NCBI RefSeq assembly: GCF_004010195.1
Contig: NC_057728.1
Location: 41,374,179 to 41,438,178, forward strand
Source: Chiloscyllium plagiosum
Lineage: Eukaryota
DNA length: 64,000 bases
Direction of reading: 5' to 3'
The notes below the pieces were generated by a model. The model did no database searches and was not told the origin of the DNA. It saw only the letters and a list, made by a program, of their open reading frames with translations. The position numbers and the translations under genes were made by a program. Shown piece after piece: positions 37,451-51,731 of the stretch. Numbering within the stretch: position 1 is the stretch's first letter; each line of letters begins with the position of its first letter.

Positions 37451-38661
37451 TGTTTGACAGCTTAGACTTTACCATTCGCTCGTTACCTGATATTCCGCTA
37501 CTTTTGCTGTAATTTGATCTTAATCTCCTGTCCGCACCCATCCCGGATCAGCTCAAATTTGTTTATTTGGACTGATGGAGACTTCCCAAAAGAAAACATC
37601 ATGTCATGTTGCGTGGTTGCTATTCAACAAAACTTCTGTGGTCTCTACAATATGCGAATGTTACTGACGACTGAGCATTTGCAGGTTTTAATTTCGTAGC
37701 TGTCCCCATTGAATTTCATGGTTTAATATTGCTTCGTCATTTGTCAAGCCGAACTAAGATGATCCATATTTGGCTGGATGGGAATAAAGCTTAAGTTTGG
37801 ATATTAACCATAGGGACAAATTGGTTTTCTATTTATTCGTTTATGGGATGCTGGCATCCCTGGCAAAACAGCGCTTATTCCCCTTTCCGAATAGCCCTTA
37901 TTGGTAAAGTGGTGTTGGCTGCCTTTTGAAATGCTACAGTCCTTGTATGCGCCTGGTGCCACGTTTGTCAACGGTGATGCCCTGTTGTACTTTCCTAACA
38001 GTATTGATTTCAGTAGTGGTTAAAGCAACTTGATATGCTATTTGATAATGGTATTGTTTTTTTTTTGTTTTCGCCTTCCGTTATTTTATGTTTATTAACG
38101 TTAATTTTTAATCCCAATGTTTTGCCATCTGTTCTTACAGCAGGAATACCGGTTTCAATCCTTTTGTCAAATGACTTTCCAGGCTGATGCCCCATTCTGT
38201 TCCAAGTGTTCACTACCTGGCATAAAATCCCCAATGGCTGAAGCAGAAAAAAAATCGTAGTTTGCTTGTGCATTTTAGAATTTTTTTCCCCCGATCCTCC
38301 TCTAATACTCCACAGACTGCCATTCCACTTGTTCTACAAACCTAGACATTCCAAACATGTATCAACTTAAGGCAGAATCTATTATGCATTGCACTTTTGA
38401 TTGATAAATTGACCTGATCTTTCTGTGATAGCACCTAATTGTTATTGGATTCACATTGATTCAGTAACTTCAAACAGATAATAGCAACCTGTTATGAAAC
38501 ACCACATAATCTTATTTTCAATAGGTAATTTAAAACAGGTCCACTTACTGTATGTTTCTTGCTTTGTACCTTGTAGCATTGAAAACTTCACTCTCGAAGG
38601 AGGAAATAAATCTTACTTTCCATATTGTTTAAAATTCTATTTGGTGCAGTATTGAACCACC

Positions 38662-38831
38662 GAGTCGAGAGTGTGGTGCTGGAAAAGCACAGCAGATTAG
38701 GCAGCATCTGAGGAGCAGAAGAATCGACTTTTTGGGCATAAGCCCTTCATCAGGAATCTCTGACTTGCTGCACTTTTCTAACACCACAGTCTCAACTCTG
38801 ATCTCCAGCATCTGCAGTCCTCACTTTCTCC
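38662..38831. mobile_element. Short Penelope-like element with inverted termini
   Basis: 9-bp TSD TGAACCACC at 38653-38661 and 38832-38840. Confidence 0.78.
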
Positions 38832-39384
38832 TGAACCACCAGTTCCAAGTTTGATCCGAGATCATACTCAGTCAAATAACCTCAACAGGGCAACAGTTGG
38901 ATTAGTAGAACTACCTTCAGACTTCTCAGATAGGAAAGGGAGAAAGAAAACCGACCAAAACATTTTGCTGTTGGTAGCTGCCATGTGACGTCGACTGGAA
39001 AGTGCTTGTATATGAGTGGATGTGGTGCCCTCAACTGTCAAAAGCTTTGCTTGCATTCATTAAAGCATAAGCAAAATATTACAGATGCCCAAAATCTGAA
39101 ATTAAAACAGAAAATGTTAACATGCATTACCAAGATTTACATGTATTGAGCGACCTTTTGGTAGAGAATCAAGATAGTGTCAGACATTTTTGAACTCTAC
39201 GTCAGTTTTGTTTTGAGAGGAGTAGAAAATTTTGGATGTAGTGAGAAGAATTGTAATCCAAAGATGGCAAATAATTATTGTATTTTTAAGTAAAACGTAA
39301 TTGTTTTGTTCAGAGAACATGTAAATACATTCCTCAAATTCATAACTACAGTATACTTCAATTGGAAATTATATGCAGTTTACA

Positions 39385-39615
39385 GAATCAAATTGCTGGA
39401 AAATCTCAGCAGGCCTGACAGCACCTGTGGAGAGAAATCAGAGTTAATGTTTTGAGTCCAGTGACCCTTCTTCAGAACAGTTCTAATAAAGGGTCACTGG
39501 ACCCAATACGTTAATTCTGATTTCTCTCCACAGATGCTGCCAGACCTGCTGAGATTTTCCAGTAATTTCTATTTTTGTTTCTAATCTCCAGCATCTGCAA
39601 TTCTTTTGGTTTTTT
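39385..39615. mobile_element. Third Penelope-like family: palindromic element with degenerate hammerhead cores
   Basis: Inverted arms around 39478; minus arm GTTCTGAAGAAGGGTCACTGGACTCAAAACATTAAC. Confidence 0.75.
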
Positions 39616-40209
39616 TATATGTAGTTTACCGCTCTTTATTGTGATATGTAAAATACTGGTGTAATGATTGGTCTAAAAGTTGTCTTTTTCTTTCTGCAGT
39701 ATTGACCTACATTCAGCCATGAAGCTGAATGAACACCTTTTTGTTTCTAAAAGTAATGTGGAACTGACAAAGGTTTCTTACACATTAAATGAAATGAACT
39801 TCGGCAAACCTGGGGCTGTTTCAAGTGAATAATGAACTGGTGCATGATTTTTTAAAAAAAGTGGTCTGACTTATATGGCACAAGTGAAAACACTTCTCAG
39901 GAAGTCCACAAGAATATGGTGTGGAACAATTTTAATATGCCAGAAATATATTACAAGTGTTACTTGAGGTTTGACTTGTTATGGGACAAACATATTATGA
40001 GATTGCGATAGGAGCATTAATGCTTGTTGTAACTAATATCTGTAACTTTTTAACCAGTTTTAGAAATCCAAAATAGGCAAACTTTCTGTCTTTGCTTAGT
40101 TGGGTCTAATTGAAATTTATTTTCCCCTTTGCTAGTTTTGGTCTGGCTTGAATAGTGTAGGTGAGGATAACTTTTGAAAAAATTAAGAATCAGAATAATA
40201 TTGTATTAT

Positions 40210-40290
40210 TTTAATATTGTATTAAAATGTGATAATAAGTATACAATAATATGTTATATACTTATTATCACATTTTAATACAATATTAAA
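40210..40290. repeat. Perfect 34-bp AT-rich inverted repeat with 13-nt loop
   Basis: 40210-40243 is the reverse complement of 40257-40290. Confidence 0.92.
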
Positions 40291-40829
40291 CGTACTCTAT
40301 GGTCATAGGTCACTAATATTTTAGTACAGATGTTAATGGGATTTCTGAAATTAAATATTTCAATCTTGTTTTTTGTTATAATATTAGTCATAGTCATAGA
40401 TGAGATATCCCAACCCAATCTAGTCCCACCTGCCAGCACCTAGCCCATATCCCTCCAAACCTTTCCTATTCATATAACGAAGAAGTAATTAAGCTTATGT
40501 GCTGAGGTTTATAACTCGTAATGCAAAATGTTCAGATAGCTTTTGTATTTTTTAGAATTTATATTACCAAATTACATTTTGGGGTATTTACTGCATTTAA
40601 AACCTAATTCAGTGTTGTACAATTTTACAGACATTGTGTGATGAAATTATTTTTCTTAAATTCTGTGTTCAGGTTCAGTAATGTTAATTCTGGGGATGTT
40701 TTGAATCTTAGTAAAAAGAAACTAACCATTAAGAAAAAACAAAAGCCATTGTCTTTTGCTGATTGCCACCCAGTTTATATAGTAATCACTAATTCTACCT
40801 CTCTTATTTGCATCTGTTGTAGATTTAAC

Positions 40830-41475
40830 CAGACTGTGTTTTGCAGCCTTGCGATCCTTCTCTCCATTTCTGACCTCATAAGTTTACCACCATAAGATTG
40901 CCCATACTTTAATTCATCTGCCTTTGTCACTTGCAGGCATAATTATTCTAGTGCTGTCTGATTAACCTCCTATCCTCCATAAATTCCAGCCCATCCAGAA
41001 CTGTGCTGTTTTTCAGCCACCTCTAAATTCTGATCTCTAAATTCTGATCTCTAAATTCACTTCCATGCTCGCTGATCTATGTTGCTCCCAGTCCTTCAGT
41101 GACTCAAATTTAAAGCTTTTAGCTTTATGTTCAAATCACTTCATGACCTCACCCCATCCCAAGCACCCCACACAAGCCCCTCCCCATCTGATTCTTACTG
41201 TTCTTTGAGGACTGTGTTTTTCCATCTCGGATTTCTATTGCGATCCCATCTTTGATTCCTCCCATAGTCCAAAGATGTTCAAATTAGATGGAATTGCCAT
41301 GCTAACGTATCCTGTAGTGTCCAGAGATGTGCAGGCTGGGTGGATTAACCATGTGCAATGCAGGGTTACAGAGTTGTTGGGAGGAATGGTAGATCTGGAT
41401 GGGATGCTGTTTGGAGGTTTGGTGTGGACTTGATGAGCTGAAATGCCTGCTTCCACGCTATAGGGATTCTATGAA
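40830..41475 (+). mobile_element. Old L2-like fragment plus 3' half of a SINE
   Basis: Degenerate L2 C-terminal sequence (CATCCAGAAC...CCATGCTCGCTGA); SINE tail GGGATTCTATG. Confidence 0.5.
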
Positions 41476-43225
41476 TCAATGATTTTTTTGTAACTCTGAT
41501 CACTTTAGGTCTCATTTTCATTGTTTACTTCCAGAACATATCAAACTTAGATCCCACAATCCTCTAGCACTTATCATGTTTCATAAGATCACTTTTAGTG
41601 CTGTGCCCTTGACTTTAGATATGTTGATGAACTACTACTGATTTCAACCTGAATGTCAAAAATTGATTGATATGGGTTTCCATTATCAAACAGAATGCAT
41701 GTGAAACTAAAGGATAAAAATTGAATTATTGATTGTGTTTCTTCTTGGAACTACTGTCCTTTGTACGGTTCTTAATATCAGGTTTGTAATTCCTTTCAAA
41801 ATCGAGCCTCAAAGTTTGATTGTCAATGCATTTTCTGAATGGCTACCTTTTACAACCTCTGTAGTCATGATCCTGCCTATGCCTCCTTCATTTGCACATG
41901 CCTCTTATGTTTCCAACTGGTGTGCATCATTTATGAGAACTCAGGACCCAGCAATAGAATCAGGCTCATAGAACTCAGGAGCCAGAAATAGCACTGCAGT
42001 GTGACTTACCTTGGTGCTTTTCTTGTACTATGTTGCAAGAACTTAGCAGTCAGAAATAGCATGGACCATTGGTGATAATATCCTGCAGTTATTCAGAGAA
42101 AAGGGTGGACATCTATGCATTTGTAATATTCATGCTTGGAGTTCTGCTCTTCAAGATCAAGAAGACATTATCTCTGCATGATAAAATGTTCCAAAGCTGC
42201 CTTCTTAATCAAGTGTATTTTTAATATTTCTTTTGCCAGATTTTTAACCCCTTTAGCTTTTGAAGACAGTAAGTTATTATTTACCTTCATTTCCGTCATC
42301 TCTCAATATGCTTCATTATTTTCTGTAAGTATTGGTTCATCTGTGGGTCTTGACCGAATGTCAGTAGGTTATTTAACTGTGATGAACGTCACAACTGAGT
42401 CCTTTCCTACATTGATGAGGCACCCATATGTGAAATTGTTGGCAACATTTTTAGTCTTTCTTGGTTTATCTTTTGCTCTCGGTGTGAAGGCAAATTATAG
42501 GCGACCTTGAGATGAAATAACACAAATTGGAATTTGAGATGAATATTAATTTATGTGGTATAGTCACTGACTGGATAAATTATGAAGCCTTTGGAGAGCC
42601 TTTAAGTTGTACATCTGAACAAAAAAACAAATCACTGTTCTCCATTTTCCGCCTCGATCCTCATCTCAAAATGCCAGATCTTTCTAGGGCACTAACTAGG
42701 ATTCATAGATTCTTACTGGCCTCAGGGATGTTTTTCAAGCTCCCATTGTTTAAGTGTTTAGAGAGTGAATGTGATGTAAGGACTATGTCTTGGTTTTTTT
42801 GTATTTTTTTTTAATTCTCAGACTGATATGAGAAACAACAGTTTCTTAGGAAAACTGTTTGTTTGAAAGAGTGGCTGCAAATTTGAAAGCAAGTACCTGA
42901 TAGCCATGGCAGGAATTTTGAACAACTGTTTGAGCAACCAATGCTGGAGGTTCAGATTGCAGGTGATCAGGAGCTGAGTGTGTGTGCTGATCCAGGTCTT
43001 GTTGGCAAAAAAAAATTCACTGGTCTGCAGACTAGTGACAATATTGTCAACAGACCTTTTTGCTTGGCAATAATTATGGAGTTAGTTCGTGGTGGCTGAG
43101 CAGTTTGGAGCTGGAAACAAGTTGGAGAGGAATTCTTTATGAAGATGTGAGTGTACCGGACCTTTGAGAGTTAAAATCTAGCAGAACTACCTGACACAGC
43201 ATCAAGTGTTCTGAAAAAGATATAA

Positions 43226-43575
43226 TGTAACGTTTGGTCGAGCAACTCGGTTAGCTGGTTGGCTGGAAACGACAAAACAGATTTGAATTAAACCAATCAG
43301 TTTAAATTATACCCCCCAAAAAAACAAACTCCAATCAAGTTTGAATTGAGTATATTGACAATCTTAAAAGCCAATGACACAATCCGATACTTTGGGGGGG
43401 TATAAGACCAGGGAAAATTGAACAGTTGGGAGGAGAACTTCCAAGCCAACGACATCTGCAGACTGCTGGAGAATAGCTCTCCTAAAGATACCTTTATCGA
43501 TCAGTAATCTGTGAAACAGAAATCCCTAAGAAGAAGTAAAGAAGATTTGACATCTGGCTGGTTTTTTGAAAAGTT
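43226..43575 (+). mobile_element. Possible partial LTR (U3-R) with CCAAT boxes and TATA
   Basis: Begins TGTAAC; three CCAAT motifs, then TATAAGA at ~43401; no clear 3' terminus or TSD. Confidence 0.45.
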
Positions 43576-46324
43576 TTAAATTGATTGGCTTAATTCAGAT
43601 CTGTTTTGTAATTTCCAGGCAACCAGCTAATCAAGTTGTTTGACCAAATGTTACATTATATCTTTTTCAGGACACTTGGTGCTGTGTTAGATTGTTATGC
43701 TAGCTTTTAACTCTCTTCAAGAAACAGTATACTCGCATCTTCATAACAAATTGTACAGACTCTCTCAACGTAGAAGCCACTCTCGGCAGTCAAAAATTCA
43801 GTTTAAAACCAACATTCCTGCAGCAGTTTTGAATTGATAAATTAATGATATTTTCCAAGTGAATTGTTACTCTACACTTCTTGCAAAGCAGTGGAAGCAT
43901 CCAGAGAAAGAAGGCAGAACAACAAGAAATTTGGCCAGCTGATAATCAGGTAAATTGGGGTAGTGTATGTAATTGTTTTAAAAAAGTTAACATTTTGTAC
44001 AATTCAGGGAATAGCAAAGTTCAATTATAGCATACTAACCCAGTGAGTCACAACAATGAACAGGCTATTCAACTGTAAAGAACACTGTAGTTGATTGCAC
44101 CCTTTCTTTCCTTGATGGCCATTTGTGTATTAACTTTCTGAAAGGAATCAGATCAGGAACAGGTAGCCCATTAGAATTTTCTTTCCCTCTGAAGTTTTCT
44201 AGGAAAGGGAAGTCCAATTATAGCATATTTCCTCCCATCCACTTTAGATCAGCAAACTCAGCAGAGACCTGCAAAGCCATCAGAGAACTAACCTTGCTTT
44301 GGACACCTACTTTACTAAAAGCTAAATTATAAAGTTGGAGTCATAGTCATACAGTATGGAAACAGACCTTTTGGTCCACCTAGCCCGCACTGAAAATTAT
44401 ATAATATTTATATTCTGGGGGGAAAAAAAATCACCATTTTTCTTGGTTCTTTATCGATGAATTTAGGTTTTTTTTCAAAAATATAACCTGTTCTTACGTT
44501 CATAATAAGGAGACTTTGTCAAATAATTGTGATGCATTGCATTTTAACAATTATTTCCTTTGAATTATAACCACACAATTGATAGCAACTTGGTATGATA
44601 ATTAAGCTTCACTTGATAAAAACACATGACTTGATAAATGTCAGCATATGCATCTAATTTGTGTATGCACAATGCATTACTATATATTTGTAACCTATTC
44701 CTACGTACTTGGACAAATCAGTTATGATGTACTTATTTTCTGATAAATTAAGACAAAGTTAATGAAAACCCTTCGAAATGTTGAAAGGAAGTAATTTATC
44801 ATCAAGAAAATTACCTTTTATAGAATAAATAAGTTAGAGTAATATGATATGTAGTTATGCATCATGCTAATATTCAAAATATATGGGCCCAGTGAAGTAA
44901 TTTGTCCTCAAGCCCCCAAAACAGCTGGGAAATTCAATTAAGGATGTAACTAATCAGAGGAAAGTCACCTGTCACTCGTATGCACGATTGACAGAATTTG
45001 AGAGGAGCAGCTCTTCCATTCACTGGCCGTTTCTTCCCACATTTACTGTTGGTAACCTCACTAGTGAGGCAGCAGGGAAACCATCTGAGATGAGGAGCAG
45101 CAAGCACTGGAAAGACAAGTGGCACTACATAATCCGAGGTCCAACATTGTAGCAGCCATGGTGACGGTGTGGATAGTATCTATACTGGGGTGTGAGGAGA
45201 GGCTGTGACAAATAGCTGACTGCTGAGGTTAGGAGATAATACAAGGGAGTGACTGACTGCTGGCATGGTTGGCAGCATGCAAGGGAGTAGGAGGAGGAAA
45301 GGTAGGGAGAGGATGTGAGGGAGCATTTGGAACAGCTTTCTGCTGGAGTAGAATGTTGGAGAGGGGGCTGCCTGTCATTTGCAGAGACCATTAGCTAGTC
45401 TTAACACTGCTGAGAATTGACAGGAAAATTCCGTGTCAGTTTCCATCTTGGTTTAAGTCAGTGAGGGAAACTTTCAGCCATGATCTGTCAACTTGGATTG
45501 GAGTGATGCCTATTCAGATAACGAGAAGGAAAAATTTTGTGGATCGCATCTGCTAGGATCTGTTGAGTCTACAAATTAGATAAGAACATTTTCTATATTA
45601 TGTAAAGCAACCAAATTTCAAAGAAATCATTCCTCCTTCTAATGACTAATACGATTTTATTTTCGTAAGGATCATCTTGCATTTTTCTTGTGTTTTTTAT
45701 GACCTTAGGACACCGCAAAGTGATTTAATGTCACTCAAAATACTTTGAAAGTATGGTCACACTGTCGTAATGAAAGAAATGTAGTGAGGCAATGACTAAT
45801 TAATTTAGTGGGGTTTAGAACTAGGGAATATAATTGAAGTAATAGATAAGAGTTTGGAAACTATTCTACAGACTGCAATTGAGGGTAGATCAAGATCAGA
45901 ACCAGACCAGATATTAAATATACATCTGAGATTGAGGTTTGAAATCAGATTAAAATAGTATATCTTTCAATTTTGTGCATATGTGATGAAAACATATTAA
46001 TTGTGACCTTGCCAATTTGCAAAGCCATGTTTTTCATGTAAGACCTGTTTGTAAGGTATTTTGAAAAGATCTTTTGTTGCTATCTTATGTCTTGTGCCAA
46101 TTTAAATACTGTAGTGTTTAAGAAATTAATGCTTTCCTTGTGTTTGTGGAGGGGTGATAATTATTGAGGATATTGTTGAATTACTCTAAATTTGCTTCTG
46201 CGTAATTTCAAATATTCCACACTTACAAAAGGTATTGTTATTACTTGTTATCTTGACAATTAAAAATGTACGTATTTCAGTAGTGATATGTAAAACACAA
46301 GAGGTGTGAATGAGGCAGGGCTCA

Positions 46325-46425
46325 AAATCTGATGAAAGATCATTCATCTGAAACATTAACTCTAGTTTCTGTCTTCTCATGTTCTGCCAGACCCGCTGAA
46401 TATTTCCAGCAGTTTTTGTTTAAAT
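46325..46425 (+). mobile_element. Old Penelope-like terminus with hammerhead-like remnant
   Basis: CTGATGA-A-AGAT-CATTC-ATCT-GAAA-C-ATT at 46329-46357. Confidence 0.55.
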
Positions 46426-49400
46426 TTTGGCTTCAAGGTGAATTGGTCTGAAGGTCTGCAAAATCTACAACCTAATTTGTTGAATAACTGACCGTTTCGT
46501 CAAACATTGCTTAAGCCTCCAGACATATCAAAGGTCATATCTCTACATCAGAGGTAGTGTGGCTGGGATAGTGACAAACCGATCAGTTGATTCCTACTTT
46601 TCAGCCTGAGAGTCTAACTGTAGTCTAGTATTGTGTGAAAGTAGTAAATGGGGCTTAGTTGGTGTCCCAGTCTAGTTGTTGCCTGGATACCAGAAGAATT
46701 TAAGAATATCTGGTAAATTTTTAGATCATTGTCACACTGCTTGCCCTTTTGGAGTAAAGCACGGTATGCCTTAATTTCAAGCCACTTAATCCTCTCCCAG
46801 GCGAGAGGAAATCACTGAAGGGCCCATTCCACTTCTTATTCTGGGATTAAAGGCAGATGTCTATCTTCAACTTAAATTCAGTTATTTGTAAACGAGTCCG
46901 TGATGCCAATACCCCTTAAAGCAGAATCAGGACTGGAAAACTTCAGATTATTGCCTGGGGTGTGATGACAGTTAAAAATATAAACATTCTAATTAACACA
47001 AGCTAGCATACACAGACGGTGAGATTGGTGCAGAGTGTATTTTTGCATCTTATTCTTGTTTTTAAGTTGAAATAATTCAAAGATTTTGAAACTGATGCTG
47101 TTACTTTTGATAATGGTAACAATGTTTATATTGTATCTTGTCACAAATAACAGAGCTACATACTTTGGAATCAAATTCAATGTTTACAAAGATTTTGGAA
47201 TGCAACAAACCTGTGTAATTCCTGTGTCAACATTTTGTCATGTTTTTGAAATTAGGCTTCCTAGTCACCTGAAGACTCATCTAGCCTGACAGATATCATC
47301 CTCACTTCCAAGGACCTGTCATGCTGGCAAGCTATTAAAATATTGTCATCATTCACCTGAGCTACCTGGGATACTTTGGATAGATTCACTGCCACAAATC
47401 CTGCTTAATAATTTAAGCTAAGTTACTAACACAATGTGGGGAATGATGTCCACACAACATTTTCAGCAGAAATTGGCTCGGTCTTGATAAACTGTAAACA
47501 GATTCATTATATATTACTTAATAGCTAACTAAATTACATCTTTGATACCTGATGGTCTCGTATGGGGCATCAAGTGCAAAATTGAGTATAAGTACATATT
47601 ACTGCTACTGAAACCTTCTGGTGCACACAATAAAATGATAACCACTGCAGCACTGGTTATCTCCTCCTAGAAACAGTCTTTTATATCCTAATGGGTAGTC
47701 CTTATCTTGTGATATCAGGTAACCCTTTCCAGTATTGTCTTTTAAAGCATAAGCCACTCATCTGTACATGGTGTTGTAAAATATTACCTGGGTCCACTTG
47801 TTGGTTTGTTATTCCACACTACCTCTGCATGCAATTTTCCAGACGTTCCTTACCTTTTTTTGGACATTGTTCTCTAAGAGAACAAAGAGTTGCCAGGCAG
47901 TTCTCTTTGTTCCTGCCCAGTTTGTATATTATAGAGTCATGGAGTCATAAAGCACAGACAGATGCTTTGGTCTAATTCGTCCAAGCCAACCAAGTTTCCC
48001 AAACTAAACTAGTCCCACTAAGGAGAACGGGCTTGAGAAACGAGCCATCATCAAATGATGGAGCAGACTGAATGGCCTAATTCTGCTCCTGTATTTTATA
48101 GTCGATGGTGTACTATCCAAGCCCATTAAACCTGACTCTGCCCTCTGTCACTAAAACAGGAGCCAAAGACTGGTTCAGGCAGATTTAGCTTTTAAGATGC
48201 AAACTGAGATTCCATTTTCACGTTTACTAGCCTCATTGATGAGGGACACCCCAAAGAGGAAATAAAGGGCTGTGTAAAAACTAGACCGAGATGCTGAGAC
48301 ATTCCAATCAATTAAAGTTAGCGTGTCCCCAGTGATGGAATTGTATAAGATTACCATTCATGCTGGGCAGATATGGTCTGCAGCAGTGAAACCCAGAGAC
48401 AGATCACAATGCTTTCCAACCTCCCTTTAAATCCAACCAATCCTCACCTTGTTCACTACATGGTTTCTTCTGGGAACAGTCATGCTAACTGCAATGCTGG
48501 ATCTTAATAAATGCAGAGAAAACACATCTTTTTCTCGTACGTTCACACAATGTGGACATCACTGGACAGACCAGCATTTTATTGTCCATTCCCAATTGCC
48601 CAGAGAGCAGTTCAGAATTACCTACACTGTGTGGATCTGGAGTCATGTGTAAGCCAGACCAGGGGATAAGGTTGATTGCACTTAGTCTTATATCTAGATT
48701 AGCAACCAGCTTTCTCTTAGATTATGCATGCATTTGTTTAGATCTTGAGTTCCTTACTGACTGGTAAAACCCCACTCAGCTTGGGCCTTTCGCTACTTTT
48801 GTCCTGGTCAGCCTCACATTATCATGCTCCAGATCACTCCGAATCTCTTTTGGACTCCTTTATCTTGATTTTTTTTAGATATGAACTTAGAAATCAACAA
48901 TTTGTTATAAAGGGCTTATTTTTCATTTATATTGAAATATTTAGGCCTCATCATAGTTGTTGGGTGATATTATCCAGCCATATTGTAGTGGACCAGTGAT
49001 GGAACCACCAGTTACGAAAGCATAGACTAGGTCAGTTGCTCAGTGAAACATATTTTGACAATCATTAAACAGTGAAACAAATTGCTGATAAGTATAGTGT
49101 TTTTTTTAATATGCAACCACTCAAAGGGCAGGTTAATAAATTCCTGAGAATGACAAGCATATCTGCATATAGAAGGTATATTAGTATTATGATCTCCTAG
49201 AACACACTTGTTCAGTTTTAGAAGTCAGAGAGGAGATAGGAGAAAACTCAGGATAAATTAGCTTTTTTAAAAAAACTTCCACTAGATTCTATGGCAGCAG
49301 GGGGGGAGAGGGGTACAAATTTGGGTGATGGCCTGATGAACAAGTTAGGTTTCTCCTGTCCTCCTTTTATATGTATACAATCCCGAGAAGTTAAACAGGC

Positions 49401-50017
49401 AACTAATTCATTGAGAATGAAAGAATAGGAAGCAGGTATGAAGGGAATAAAGCAGGACCATAATTGTCTCACAACTGCAGTTCTCAGAAAAATTTCCCAC
49501 CCATCTCCATTCACCACATCTAACACAAAGTAAAAGTTAACATAGCCAGAATCAGAAAAAAGAAGAAAATGGAGGTGCAAGCTGAAGAGAAGAAATAAAG
49601 AAACATCAGAGGAAAGGAACAGATAACACCATGAAAATCAAAAGCAGATGGAAGTGTGATTGTAATGATAATTCCCCTTAAATTATCTGGGTTCCTGCTG
49701 AAGCCACAAAGTATGGCTTAATATTGACTATTAATATAACTGGTATTTAGTTCTGTGACTCTTAAGTGAAATTCCTTATGTGGGTTTAGTTTCCATTACT
49801 CATACATAAAGTTTCCTTACATTACACATATTTCCCCGAGATACAGTGTTCTGATATAATCATCTTTTGTCTTATTTATACCCTATTCCATCTAATCAAA
49901 ATTATGAATGACACTCATTGAAAAGAGCATTGGCAGTTTTATTGCAGAATTATTCTTGATGGTCATCAGTCTGCTGCTTTCATGCTATAAAAATACAAAA
50001 GCATGAAATAATAAAAA

Positions 50018-50760
50018 AGGTAAGGCCCTAGGGAGTGTTGCTGAACAAAAACACCTTGGAGTGCAGGTTCATAGCTCCTTGAAAGTGGAGTCGCAGGTAG
50101 ATAGGATAGTGAGGAAGGCGTTTGGTATGCTTTCCTTTATTGGTCAGAGTATTGAGTACAGGAGTTGGGAGTTCATGTTGCGGCTGTACAGGACATTAGT
50201 TAGGCCACTGTTGGAATATTGCGTGCAGTTCTGGTCTCCTTCCTATTGGAAAGATGTTGTGAAACTTGAAAGGGTTCAGAAAAGATTTACAAGGATGTTG
50301 CCAGGGTTGGAGGATCTGAGCTACAGGGAGAGGCTGAACAGGCTGGGGCTGTTTTCCCTGGAGCCTCGGAGGCTGAGGGTGACTTTATAGAGGTTTACAA
50401 AATTATGAGCGGCATGGATAGGATAAATAGGCAAAGTCTTTTCCCTGGGGTTGGGGAGACCAGAACTAGAGGGCATAGATTTAGGGTGAGAGAGGAAAGA
50501 TATAAAAGAGACCTAAAGGGCAACTTTTTCACGCAGAGGGTGGTACATGTATGGAATGAGCTGCCAGAGGATGTGGTGGAGGCTGGTTCAATTGTAACAT
50601 TTAAGAGGCATTTGGATGGGTATATGAATAGGAAGGGTTTGGAAGGATATGGGCCGGATGCTGGCAGGTGGGACTAGATTGGGTTGGGATATCTGGTCGG
50701 CGTGGACGGATTGGACCGAAGGGTCTGTTTCCATGCTGTACATCTCTATGACTCTATGAC
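50018..50760 (+). mobile_element. Young CR1 3' fragment
   Basis: ORFs 50061-50390 and 50405-50677; CTCTATGA x2 tail. Confidence 0.93.
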
Positions 50761-51731
50761 CTTGTATCAGTGTCCAGACCATTATGTTGTGAACTCTTAC
50801 CTGTTTACTCACCTGAGAAGGACTTCTTCAAGATAATTCACAAGTTCAGTCGAACCTGCTTGTCAAAAGCATAAGACCTTTCCTCTTTGTTTTCATCATT
50901 TTATTATTTTTAAACTTCTCTGTATGCAAATACACACTCTCCTTCTCTCCTTTGGTATCGCTTTGGCTGTGTATTTGTGAATGTGGCCTAGTAAACTTGC
51001 TGAAGGGAAGTTTCTAGCCTCCTATTTAGTATTTCTCTGATCGCACAGTCAAAATCTGATCATTACTGCGTGGCAAAGTAATGTGCTAACAAGATTTAAA
51101 ATTAATTTTAAACTATTATCCTCTAGCTGAAGGGGTCTAAAAAATTTCGTGTAAGACTGTTGAAGAAAAGTATTTGGCCTGGTAAAATAAAGTAATTCTG
51201 TAAATTTATTTCCTCGCTGTTAACAGTCTGAATAGCCTAGCACTAATTACCTATCCTTATTTAACATTTTTGTGAAGGTACAGTGGACATTCTTGAAATG
51301 CTTCTGCAGGGCTGTTAGATGGAGTATTTCAGTATTTTGATTCACCACTGAAGAAGAAATTGTGGTACGTGACCATGTCCAGATAATGAGTAACTTAGGG
51401 AGGAATTTGTAAGTGATGGTACTCCCATGCACCTTCTGGATAACTTGTCTTTTTGTGTAATGGATGTTGTGCCTTTAAAAGGTCCTCTGAGGAACCCTTA
51501 CTGAGGTATTGCAGTGCATCCTAAAGTCAGTGCTCAGTGTTTCACTCACTGTGAATGTTTAGGCTAATGAATAAGGAGCTTATTGCTAGCAAAAGATATT
51601 TCTTTGCCCTGATATTGAGATTTGAGTGTTGCAGGAAAATGTAGGATACTTGACAATGAGTGTACTCCATTACCATGTCTGCCTTTCTCCGCCTTTCTCC
51701 AGTTTTGACAAAACCTAGTAGTCGTTACATT

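Noticed and set aside
42136..42814. Hydrophobic 95-124 aa ORFs
   Set aside because: Non-ATG starts, T-rich composition, no recognisable family
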